The notes under the pieces: model-generated | Databases searched by the model: none | What the model saw: only the letters and a program-made list of their open reading frames with translations | What the model was told of the DNA's origin: nothing | NCBI GenBank assembly: GCA_020849535.1 | Contig: JADLGB010000142.1 | Span: forward strand, 2,688 to 66,687 | From: Candidatus Hydrogenedentota bacterium | GTDB lineage: Bacteria > Hydrogenedentota > Hydrogenedentia > Hydrogenedentales > SLHB01 | Length of the DNA stretch: 64,000 nt | Direction of reading: 5' to 3' | Made by a program: the position numbers and the translations under genes | Shown here: positions 42,339 to 49,751 of the stretch, piece by piece | Layout: each line of letters starts with the position of its first letter | Numbering within the stretch: position 1 is the first letter of the stretch

Positions 42339-43592
42339 ATGCTTTGCCTCCTTGTGGCGGCGTGCCTGAGCGCGCCGGACATCGTCTTTCTTTCCGTAGA
42401 CACGTTGCGGGCGGACCGCCTTGGGTGTTACGGGTACGAATTCGACACCTCGCCCAATGTGGACCGCTTGGCGGAGGGCGCGCTGCTCTTCGAGGATTGC
42501 GTCACGGAAGTGCCGCTGACCTCGCCCTCTTTTGGCGCCATGATGACGTCCCGGTTCCCGCGCATGAACGGTGCCGCGCGCAACGGTCTTCCGTTGCCCG
42601 ACGACATCCCCACGCTCGCCGAAGAACTGAAGAAGGCTGGCTATCAGACCTTCTGTGTGCAGAGCAATTGGACACTGAAAGCGCCGCTGTGCGGGCTCGC
42701 GCGCGGATTCGACACCTATGAGGACGGCTTCAACAAGAAGCGCTGGGGCGTGTTGAAGTCGGAGCGCTACGCGGATGAGGTCACCCGCATCGCCCTGGAT
42801 CTTCTGGCGAAACGCGACCCGGCCAAGCCGCTGTTCTGCTGGATCCACTACTCGGATCCGCACGCGCCGTACCGTTTTCACAGCCGCTTCAATCCCGGCG
42901 ATCGCACCCTGCGCAAGCTGGATGAAACCGGGCAGACGCGGGTGCGGTATGACTCGGAAGTCGCCTACACGGATTCGCACATCGGTCAGATTCTGGCGGC
43001 CGTGCCGCAGGAAGCCGCGGTCGTGTTTGTCGCGGACCATGGCGAGAGTCTCTACGAGCACGATTACCTCGGCCACGGACGCCGCGTGTACCAGCACGAA
43101 GTGCGCATCCCCCTGATCATTCGCGGACCCGGCGTGAGCGCGGGAAGATCCCAAACGCCGGCGCGCGGTATTGATATTGCCCCGACGATCTTGGGCCTCG
43201 CCGGGCTTCCCAAGGTGGAAGGAATGCTGGGCGCCGACCTTTTGAAGGATTCGCTGCCCATGGATCGCGTGCGCGTGATTGAAACGTACGGCGGGGCGGT
43301 TCCCCGCATTCCAGGCGCCAAGGCGCTGATGGCCTCGCGGCCGCCGATGCGGCAGGCCGTCCTCGCGGAGCGCTGGAAGCTGATCCTGGACGGAAGCCGG
43401 CCCGAGCTGTTCGACCTCAGTCAGGACCCTTCCGAGTTGACGGACCTGGCCCAGAACCAGCCTAGTCACACGGAGAACCTGACCAAGCTCATTGCGGATT
43501 GGGATCAGGCGGTCTCCAAGCTCGACGCGACCGAAGCGGAACTTAACCAGGACGATATCGAGGCGTTAGAGAGCCTGGGCTACGTGGAGTGA
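42339..43592 (+). CDS. sulfatase-like hydrolase/transferase (alkaline phosphatase superfamily)
   Basis: The metal-site motif is VFLSVDTLRADRLGCYGY. The nucleophile region reads PLTSPSFGAMMTSRFP, with Thr where sulfatases have Cys/Ser. Later motifs are HYSDPHAPY and FVADHGE. Confidence 0.8.
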   Translation: MLCLLVAACLSAPDIVFLSVDTLRADRLGCYGYEFDTSPNVDRLAEGALLFEDCVTEVPLTSPSFGAMMTSRFPRMNGAARNGLPLPDDIPTLAEELKKAGYQTFCVQSNWTLKAPLCGLARGFDTYEDGFNKKRWGVLKSERYADEVTRIALDLLAKRDPAKPLFCWIHYSDPHAPYRFHSRFNPGDRTLRKLDETGQTRVRYDSEVAYTDSHIGQILAAVPQEAAVVFVADHGESLYEHDYLGHGRRVYQHEVRIPLIIRGPGVSAGRSQTPARGIDIAPTILGLAGLPKVEGMLGADLLKDSLPMDRVRVIETYGGAVPRIPGAKALMASRPPMRQAVLAERWKLILDGSRPELFDLSQDPSELTDLAQNQPSHTENLTKLIADWDQAVSKLDATEAELNQDDIEALESLGYVE

Positions 43593-44684
43593 GTCGCCGT
43601 TGAACAGCGGCAGCGGATCCACGGGGACATCGTTCTTGCGCACCTCAAAGTGAAGATGGGGCCCGGTCGCGCGGCCGGTGCTTCCCACCTGGGCGATGGC
43701 CGTATCGGTCGTCACCACATCACCCGCCTTCACCAGATTCTTCGACGCATGCCCATACACCGTGTGCATGCCGTTCGGATGCTCGACAATCACCATCTTC
43801 CCGTAACCGGGCCGCCACCCGCTGAACGTCACCTTGCCCGGCATGGAGGGATAAATCTCGGTTCCCGCCTTCGCGGCGATGTCCAGTCCCTGGTGGAACT
43901 GCGGACGGCCCGTGAAGGGGTCGGTTCGCATGCCGTATTTCGAGGTGAGACGCGCCGGTCCCCCGAGCACTTTGGACCACGGGCTGCCCGGCAAGATGAC
44001 CGTGTCGGAGAATGAGCCCGGTTCCAGGATCGATTGCATGAGGCCGGTGATATCGACGCCGCGGCTGGCCGCCGCGGGCTCGACGACGGTGTCCTGTGAA
44101 AGCGCGCGGGCCGCGGACGTGCCGTGGGGAACGATTGGAGGCGCCGACGCCCGGGCCCTACTCGTCGCCATCGGCAGATTCATCTTTCCGTACCCAACGC
44201 GCCGGGGTTCATTGGGCATCTTCAAGCCGGCCTTCTCCTGAGGCATTGCGGGTCCGCCCTTCTGGGCGGGCATAGAGATCTGCTCCGGCTCCGCGCCCTT
44301 TGGGAGGGGCGCCGCGCGAAAAGCGCTCGACAATTGGCTCAGGGTGGGTGCGGGGCGTTCCGTCGTCAGGGCGGCCAAGTCCAACTTCTGACCCACCGAC
44401 AGGCGGTCAGGATTCTTGAGCCCGGCTTCCTTCGCAAGGCGCGTGACGGCGGAGTGGATTTCCGCCTTGGTCGGCTTCTTGCCCTGAGCACTGAGGTGGT
44501 CACGGCAGATCTGCCACAGGTTCTCGCCCTCAGTGACGGTGTGGGTGACGGTCTTGCGGCTCGAGGAATCGCTCCGCACCTTCTCGATGAATTCGTGAAA
44601 AGCGGCAGGGGGCGTGGTCGCTATCGGCAGCAGCCCCGGAACCGGTTGCGCGCCCTGTTCGCCTGTGATTGGTACGATCCGCAT
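43566..44684 (-). CDS. LysM-domain M23 family metallopeptidase
   Basis: It has a LysM-like segment (TVTEGENLWQICRDHL...LSVGQKLDL). The C-terminal M23 motifs are HQGLDIAAKAGTEIY, VIVEHPNGMHTVYGH and GSTGRATGPHLHFEV. Its 3' end overlaps the convergent sulfatase-like gene by 27 nt. Confidence 0.85.
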   Translation of the reverse strand: MRIVPITGEQGAQPVPGLLPIATTPPAAFHEFIEKVRSDSSSRKTVTHTVTEGENLWQICRDHLSAQGKKPTKAEIHSAVTRLAKEAGLKNPDRLSVGQKLDLAALTTERPAPTLSQLSSAFRAAPLPKGAEPEQISMPAQKGGPAMPQEKAGLKMPNEPRRVGYGKMNLPMATSRARASAPPIVPHGTSAARALSQDTVVEPAAASRGVDITGLMQSILEPGSFSDTVILPGSPWSKVLGGPARLTSKYGMRTDPFTGRPQFHQGLDIAAKAGTEIYPSMPGKVTFSGWRPGYGKMVIVEHPNGMHTVYGHASKNLVKAGDVVTTDTAIAQVGSTGRATGPHLHFEVRKNDVPVDPLPLFNGDSLHVAQAL

Positions 44685-44860
44685 CCTGCCTCACCCTTGT
44701 TGGGGAATACCCGCAAAGGCGAGAGAGCAAAGCCTATGCCTAATCTGGGTAATATGCTAAGTAATTGCAATACAAGAGATTACACAGGCTTCGCGCTGAA
44801 ACCAGACTGAATCCCCGGAAGAATATTCCCCCCGGAGGGGAGAATTCTGCTTGTTTGCTC

Positions 44861-45502
44861 TCAGCGTTCCACCACTGCGAAGAGCCGGCACCCGCTCGAA
44901 TCGATGCCCTTGATCTTCAGCGGCATGGCGAAGAGATAGAACATGTCGCGGTCCAGCGCTTGCCCGTTGGCCGGGAATTCCACGAGCAGGCAGTCACGGC
45001 TTAGCAGGAGGTCGTGGAACGTCTTGCCGTCTTCCAACCCCTGCCCGAAGTTGATGGTGCAATCGAAAATGAAGAGTTTCAGACCGAGTTCGGCGAAATA
45101 CGGCACACAGTCCATGTCGAAAATGAGGGGGTTGCGCGGGGTGTCATTACGCACAAACAAGACCTCGAAGGAGCCCCGGCGCGGTTCGAGCTGCCGTTTC
45201 ACGAAGTCCAGCGTGACGCGCGGCGCGCACTCCTCGATGTCCGTCTTGAGCAGGGTCGCCTTGCCCATGAAATGGTCAAGCGGATAATCCGTGCAGGTCT
45301 TGCCCTTGAAGTAGAAATGCACGGGCGATTCGATGTGCGTGCCCACGTGGGTGTGCGTGTTGACGATGTCGTACTTGAGCGTGCCATCGCCCAGGCGGCC
45401 TTCTTTCACCTCAAAGGGACGGCCCTCAGTTGTTTGGTTCGGCACCACCTCAAGCGACAGGTCCACCAGTTTGTATGCTTTCAAGTCGATATCGAATAAC
45501 AT
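44861..45502 (-). CDS. cyclase-family protein (kynurenine formamidase-like)
   Basis: Start moved to ATG 45502 (MLFDIDLKAYKLVDLS), with AGGGGAGA upstream. The metal motif is HTHVGTHIESPVHF. Confidence 0.75.
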   Translation of the reverse strand: MLFDIDLKAYKLVDLSLEVVPNQTTEGRPFEVKEGRLGDGTLKYDIVNTHTHVGTHIESPVHFYFKGKTCTDYPLDHFMGKATLLKTDIEECAPRVTLDFVKRQLEPRRGSFEVLFVRNDTPRNPLIFDMDCVPYFAELGLKLFIFDCTINFGQGLEDGKTFHDLLLSRDCLLVEFPANGQALDRDMFYLFAMPLKIKGIDSSGCRLFAVVER

Positions 45503-45620
45503 GGCTTCTCCCCTCTGATTCAGCAATGGTTTCTCGCGCCGTACATGTGCCGCAATTGCAGAGCATGGCTCACGCAAAAACGAGTCTAGCACATTCCCGA
45601 TGAGCGCCACACAAGAGCCG

Positions 45621-45711
45621 CATCAGGAGCGCCGGCACCCTGCCGGCTTCTTCATATCTGCGGCGCTATCGTCAACATCAAGAGCCGGCAGGGATGCCGG
45701 CGCTCCTGATG
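45621..45711. repeat. large hairpin, family F (CATCAGGAGCGCCGGCA..CCTGCCGGCT arms)
   Basis: The left arm (45621..45649) and right arm (45683..45711) are near-perfect reverse complements separated by about 33 nt. The element continues into an ATCCTGCAAATCCTGTCC tail (to 45768). Confidence 0.8.
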
Positions 45712-45912
45712 GGCATTCCTGATCTTGCCATCTTCTTGCATGCCATCCTCATCCTGCAAATCCTGTCCAATACAACGCCATGTCAGCAGAATTGTCATTG
45801 ACGAGGTTAGATCAGGCCAATATAATGACATGAACCGGGCCTGTAATGGTCCCGTGCGCTTCCACGCGGGAATTCAAGGACAATCACAGGCACTGCGCAG
45901 GAGGGTAAGCCC

Positions 45913-46455
45913 GTGAATATGCCGTTGGGCGTTCTGCTGGTTCTCGCGGTTGTGAGCGTCTTGGTACTCTGCCTGATACTGGCGTTTGCTGGGATCGTGC
46001 TTTGCATCCGGCGTCGTGCGCGGAAGACAGCGATTGCGCTGGTAATCGTGTCCGCCGCAATTGCCGTGCTTTGTGTGTGGGCGGTCTACTGGGTTGCGCC
46101 GAAGGGTGGCCGGACGATTGCGCAACTGGACCTCCCCGACGGACGTACGTTCGTCGTTCGCCACTACCGCTTCGGGTGGACGGAGTACCCGAAAGTCCGC
46201 TTTTACGCGCGGAACAAGGAAGGGGCCTGGACGAGTTTCATGCTCATTGCCGAGTTGGTGAATCCCAATGACACGTCGCTTGTGATGGACGCGTCGCGGC
46301 AGGAGGTTGAGGTGGCCCCAATTGGCGGCTGGTATCGGATCAAAGAGAACGGCTTCTTGAACATTGACGGTTCCTGGGGCCCAACGCGGCAGCTCCCGCC
46401 GGGTGTCGAGCCGGGGGCGGAAGACATCTACGATCGCGCGGCGTATTCCCAGTAA
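45913..46455 (+). CDS. hypothetical membrane protein
   Basis: GTG 45913 lies 8 nt after GGAGGG. It has two N-terminal TM helices (LGVLLVLAVVSVLVLCLILAFAGIVLCI; AIALVIVSAAIAVLCVWAVYWV). No family recognised. Confidence 0.6.
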   Translation: MNMPLGVLLVLAVVSVLVLCLILAFAGIVLCIRRRARKTAIALVIVSAAIAVLCVWAVYWVAPKGGRTIAQLDLPDGRTFVVRHYRFGWTEYPKVRFYARNKEGAWTSFMLIAELVNPNDTSLVMDASRQEVEVAPIGGWYRIKENGFLNIDGSWGPTRQLPPGVEPGAEDIYDRAAYSQ

Positions 46456-46544
46456 CAAGGGGCGGATCGCCCACCAGCAGATATGCGTTTGAGCCCAAAT
46501 CCAGCAGGTGAAAGGGTCTGACCCATCCACGCACCCCCGAGTCA

Positions 46545-46614
46545 CATCAGGAGCGCCTGATCATGCCATCCTCTTGCCTTCCGTCTTCATCCTTCAAATC
46601 CTGTCATCCTGTCC
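46545..46614. repeat. partial family F unit (CATCAGGAGCGCCTGA ... CCTTCAAATCCTGTCATCCTGTCC)
   Basis: It is a direct-orientation counterpart of 45697..45768, on the other side of gene 45913..46455. Confidence 0.65.
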
Positions 46615-46675
46615 AGCTCTTCGTTCTTTTGCAGGGAAAGAGGGCGAGCGACTCGGAGATGTAGTCTGCCCGATC

Positions 46676-48079
46676 TCAAGATTTCCCTGTCGGCTTCGCG
46701 CCGGCCCCGGTTGCGCCGAACTCCCGGCGGCCTCGCCAGTCCATGGGCTGTTTGGAGAGGATCTGGGCCATGAGCGATAGCGCGAACCAGACGCGGAGCA
46801 CGCCGGAAACGGGGTGTAGCCATGGCACGATGGGATGAAATTCGGCGATCTTCTCGATGCCTTTGTACTCGCGGACCTCTTCCACGTACAGCGCGAGCCC
46901 GGCCGCGGCGAGCAGCGTCAATAGCGGGTCGAAGCGGCCAGCGCTCAGTTGGGGGATGATGCCCGCCGCCATCACCGGCAACGCCGCGAGCGTGGTGCTG
47001 AGGCGCAGGGCCATCATCGTGAGCGGCAGGTGAATGTGTTCGCCGAAGAAGATGCGCATCTTGCGCAGGGTGTTCTTCTTGACCTCGCGATATCCCTCGT
47101 AGAACCGGACGCGCATGAGGTCAGGCGTCCATGCGAAGCCGACGCGTCCGCCGATGTGTTTAACGGCGGCGGCCATCAGGGTGTCCTCGGGATGCCACTG
47201 GCCCAGCGCCTTGTGGCCGCCAAAGGCCCGATAGCTGGCGCAGCGCACCATCATGAACGCGCCGATTCCGATCGGGAAGGTGCGGGGATCGTTGAGGCGG
47301 TCAAAGTGCGCGCCCTGAACGATCCCGCGCCAGCCGGTGGGGAGCAAAAGCTGCTCTGCCCAGGTCCTGGCAAGCAGGCGCGGCATGCAGGTGAGGAAAT
47401 CGAGGCGTTCGCGTTCGGCGAGGGCAACGGCCTGCTCCAGCAGCCCTGGCTCGAGCACCACGTCGGCATCCACGAACAACAACCAATCCTCATCAATGGC
47501 AGCGCCGCGTTCGTTGTCGATCAGGAGGAAGGCTTGCCAGAGTGCGTTGGATTTGCCGAACCAGCCTTCGGTAATTGGCGGATCGTGCAGAACGCGCACG
47601 CGCGGGTGGTCGCGCTGGATCGCGTCGAGGATGGCGCGGGTCCGGTCAGTCGAGTGATCGTTGATAAACCAGACGTCGAGGTTAGGGTACGGCAGCGCAA
47701 GCAGCGCACGCGCCGCTTCCTCCAGGTGCGCTTCTTCGTTGCGCGCGGGCACCAGCACCGTGACCCTTGGCCACTGCTTCGGCGGGTCCATTGAGGCCGC
47801 ACGCGAGAGGCACGGCAGCCCCGCCAAGTTGCGGCGGAACTCACGTCCGCGCGCTTCGCGCTTCCACACGAACACGGCAACGTAGACGCACACGAGCAAG
47901 ACGGTCGCGGGATGCGGGTGGACGCATGCGATGATGAGCAGTACAAGGATCGACCACCACAACACCACGGCCGCCGAACTGGGCACCGGCGTGAGGCCGC
48001 GCACCAAGGCGCCCATATCGATAGAAGAATGCTCCCCGCCAACCGAATCCGGCTGGCGGGGAGCGTTGTCGATCTTCAC
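46676..48079 (-). CDS. membrane-bound family 2 glycosyltransferase
   Basis: The GT-A motifs are VTVLVPARNEE, FINDHSTDRT and LLFVDADVVLEPG, flanked by N- and C-terminal TM segments. The start is uncertain: GTG 48079 lacks a clear SD and the internal Met at MGALVRG is possible. Confidence 0.8.
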   Translation of the reverse strand: MKIDNAPRQPDSVGGEHSSIDMGALVRGLTPVPSSAAVVLWWSILVLLIIACVHPHPATVLLVCVYVAVFVWKREARGREFRRNLAGLPCLSRAASMDPPKQWPRVTVLVPARNEEAHLEEAARALLALPYPNLDVWFINDHSTDRTRAILDAIQRDHPRVRVLHDPPITEGWFGKSNALWQAFLLIDNERGAAIDEDWLLFVDADVVLEPGLLEQAVALAERERLDFLTCMPRLLARTWAEQLLLPTGWRGIVQGAHFDRLNDPRTFPIGIGAFMMVRCASYRAFGGHKALGQWHPEDTLMAAAVKHIGGRVGFAWTPDLMRVRFYEGYREVKKNTLRKMRIFFGEHIHLPLTMMALRLSTTLAALPVMAAGIIPQLSAGRFDPLLTLLAAAGLALYVEEVREYKGIEKIAEFHPIVPWLHPVSGVLRVWFALSLMAQILSKQPMDWRGRREFGATGAGAKPTGKS

Positions 48080-48104
48080 GAACGGGCCGTCCTGCCTGAC
48101 GGCA

Positions 48105-48221
48105 TTACAGGCTCATGGTCGCGTTGACGGGCGGCTTCTTATCGCCTTTGATCGCCTTCAGCGGACCGGCCGCAGGCATTGGAGCGAGTTGGATTTTGCC
48201 GATTGCTCGAATGTGTTTCAC
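48105..48221 (-). CDS. candidate small ORF (38 aa) upstream of the GT2 gene
   Basis: GTG 48221 lies 9 nt after GGAGGT (48231..48236). The product reads VKHIRAIGKIQLAPMPAAGPLKAIKGDKKPPVNATMSL and the stop TAA is at 48105..48107. It is below the 60-aa cutoff of the ORF track, and coding status is unproven. Confidence 0.3.
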   Translation of the reverse strand: MKHIRAIGKIQLAPMPAAGPLKAIKGDKKPPVNATMSL

Positions 48222-48430
48222 GTTGCAGTCACCTCCGTTGTGTGGTCTCGTCCGTAGCCGCGATACGCGCGACATGCGACGTCAACCGTGTACCAGATTC
48301 CGCGCGAACGGGCAACCTGTAATCGCGCCAACCCTAGGCGCGAATCGGCCCGCCAACGCATGTTCCTTGCAGCCGCCGCCAGCATTTGACGGCGTAATTG
48401 CAACGAATCTACCACGTGCAGAGGAACCTG

Positions 48431-48580
48431 TCAATCGGCCACCAGCGCCAGCAGACTGCCCTGGTACTCATCCAACGCCTCCTGCACGTCTTGGGCACGG
48501 TTCCGCACGACCGTGCGCCCGATCACCTCTCCTTTACCATCCAGCAAACATACGTGATGACGCTTGTTTCCGCAATCCCA
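48431..48580 (-). pseudogene. remnant of an IS110-family transposase N-terminus
   Basis: The translated segment WDCGNKRHHVCLLDGKGEVIGRTVVRNRAQDVQEALDEY resembles the IS110 N-terminal pattern (G)IDxGKxxHHxxxLDxxGxxxxxxxVxN. It is truncated after about 50 aa and no catalytic or C-terminal part is present. Confidence 0.35.
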
Positions 48581-48779
48581 CTGTTCGCGGAGCCTGCCTG
48601 CCCCTTCCGCGCATATCATGGCGGCCGTTTCTCTTGCACTTCCCCTGCTCCCGCCGCGTCTCGCCCGTGAGGTGGCATGGGCATCCCTGCCTATGGTCTT
48701 CGACTCGTGCAACCTAGTCCTACAACGCGGGATTGTCCATAGACAGAATGCCATAAGATGAATTCGATGAATGTCTTCG

Positions 48780-48848
48780 GTAGCGCCCGCCTTCCACGGC
48801 GGGCGTCTTCGGGCTCCGAGTCCGCCCGGCGTGGAAGCCGGGCGCTAC
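48780..48848. repeat. inverted pair of hairpin repeats, family G (GTAGCGCCCGCCTTCCACGGCGGGCG)
   Basis: Copy 1 is 48780..48805 and the inverted copy 2 is 48823..48848 (CGCCCGGCGTGGAAGCCGGGCGCTAC). A partial TGTAGCGCTGTAGG lies at about 48894. Confidence 0.75.
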
Positions 48849-49088
48849 AAAGACGGGGATTCCCCCGATTTGCTCGACGCGAGCGATGGAAAATGTAGCG
48901 CTGTAGGACTAGGTGTACGCGCGGCGGCACATCGCCATTCTCAGCGCCAAAACCATCTGCCCTCCAAAGTCATCCAGTACACTGATTCACACTCTTCTCG
49001 TGGTTACCGTCCAGTCCATTTCTTGATCAGGGCGCTGTGCTGTCACGCCTCGGGCGTGAAGAGCGAGGCAGTACTCCAGAGGCTATAT

Positions 49089-49652
49089 CTATTGGCAGCT
49101 TTGCGGATCGCTGAAAGGTGCCTGCGGGATCTGGATTGCGCGCCTTTTGTGAGTGCGTTTCTCCCACGCAAACATCGTGACCGCCGCCAGCCAGATCAGG
49201 ACTTCCAGCGCGAAGGTCCAGTGCAGGATGAAATTCAGCGCGGTGTAGGGATACGCGTTCGGTACCTCGGCAAAGACGGTGTAACGGTGGCTGAAGGGTT
49301 TGTGCCAGAGGATACCTGCGACGATGGTGTCGAGGAAACAATGGAGTAGGAGGTTGACGCCCGCGAGAACTACGAGTGGTATCATGTGGCGGCGGCGCAG
49401 GAAGAAGCACGCAGCCCCGGCGCCACAACACACCGCCACCCAGAACAAAGGGATGTGCGTCCAGTAGCTGTGGTGCAGATGTTGCCGCTGGTCGATGGTG
49501 AGGAAGTAGATCATGTCGAGATCAGGCAGGAGCGCGGCAACCACGCCAACACCGATGACCGTGCGCGGCGACGCGCACGATTCGGGAATCCATCTCATCC
49601 ACACGGCCAACTTGGAAACAGCGTATCCCGCAGGGGCGTGCGCGGTCAGCAT
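49089..49652 (-). CDS. membrane-bound metal-dependent hydrolase, DUF457/YdjM-like
   Basis: 187 aa and polytopic. The conserved-looking motifs are LLPDLDMIY and HHSYWTHIP. The assignment is tentative. Confidence 0.5.
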   Translation of the reverse strand: MLTAHAPAGYAVSKLAVWMRWIPESCASPRTVIGVGVVAALLPDLDMIYFLTIDQRQHLHHSYWTHIPLFWVAVCCGAGAACFFLRRRHMIPLVVLAGVNLLLHCFLDTIVAGILWHKPFSHRYTVFAEVPNAYPYTALNFILHWTFALEVLIWLAAVTMFAWEKRTHKRRAIQIPQAPFSDPQSCQ

Positions 49653-49751
49653 CCTTCACTCCTTCGCGACGACAGCATCGGGTTGTTTCACGTACCCGGT
49701 GTAATCCCCGCGAGGGACGCGAAGCTTCGCGATGGAGAAGGAAAACCCGCT

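Noticed and set aside
42333-43469. 378-aa ORF on the - strand
   Set aside because: It lies antisense to the sulfatase-like gene. It is Arg/Gly/Ala-rich and no motif is recognised.
43566-43592. 27-nt overlap of convergent 3' ends (sulfatase-like gene vs the M23 peptidase gene) as a regulatory antisense arrangement
   Set aside because: Short convergent overlaps are common in compact GC-rich genomes, and nothing else supports a specific function.
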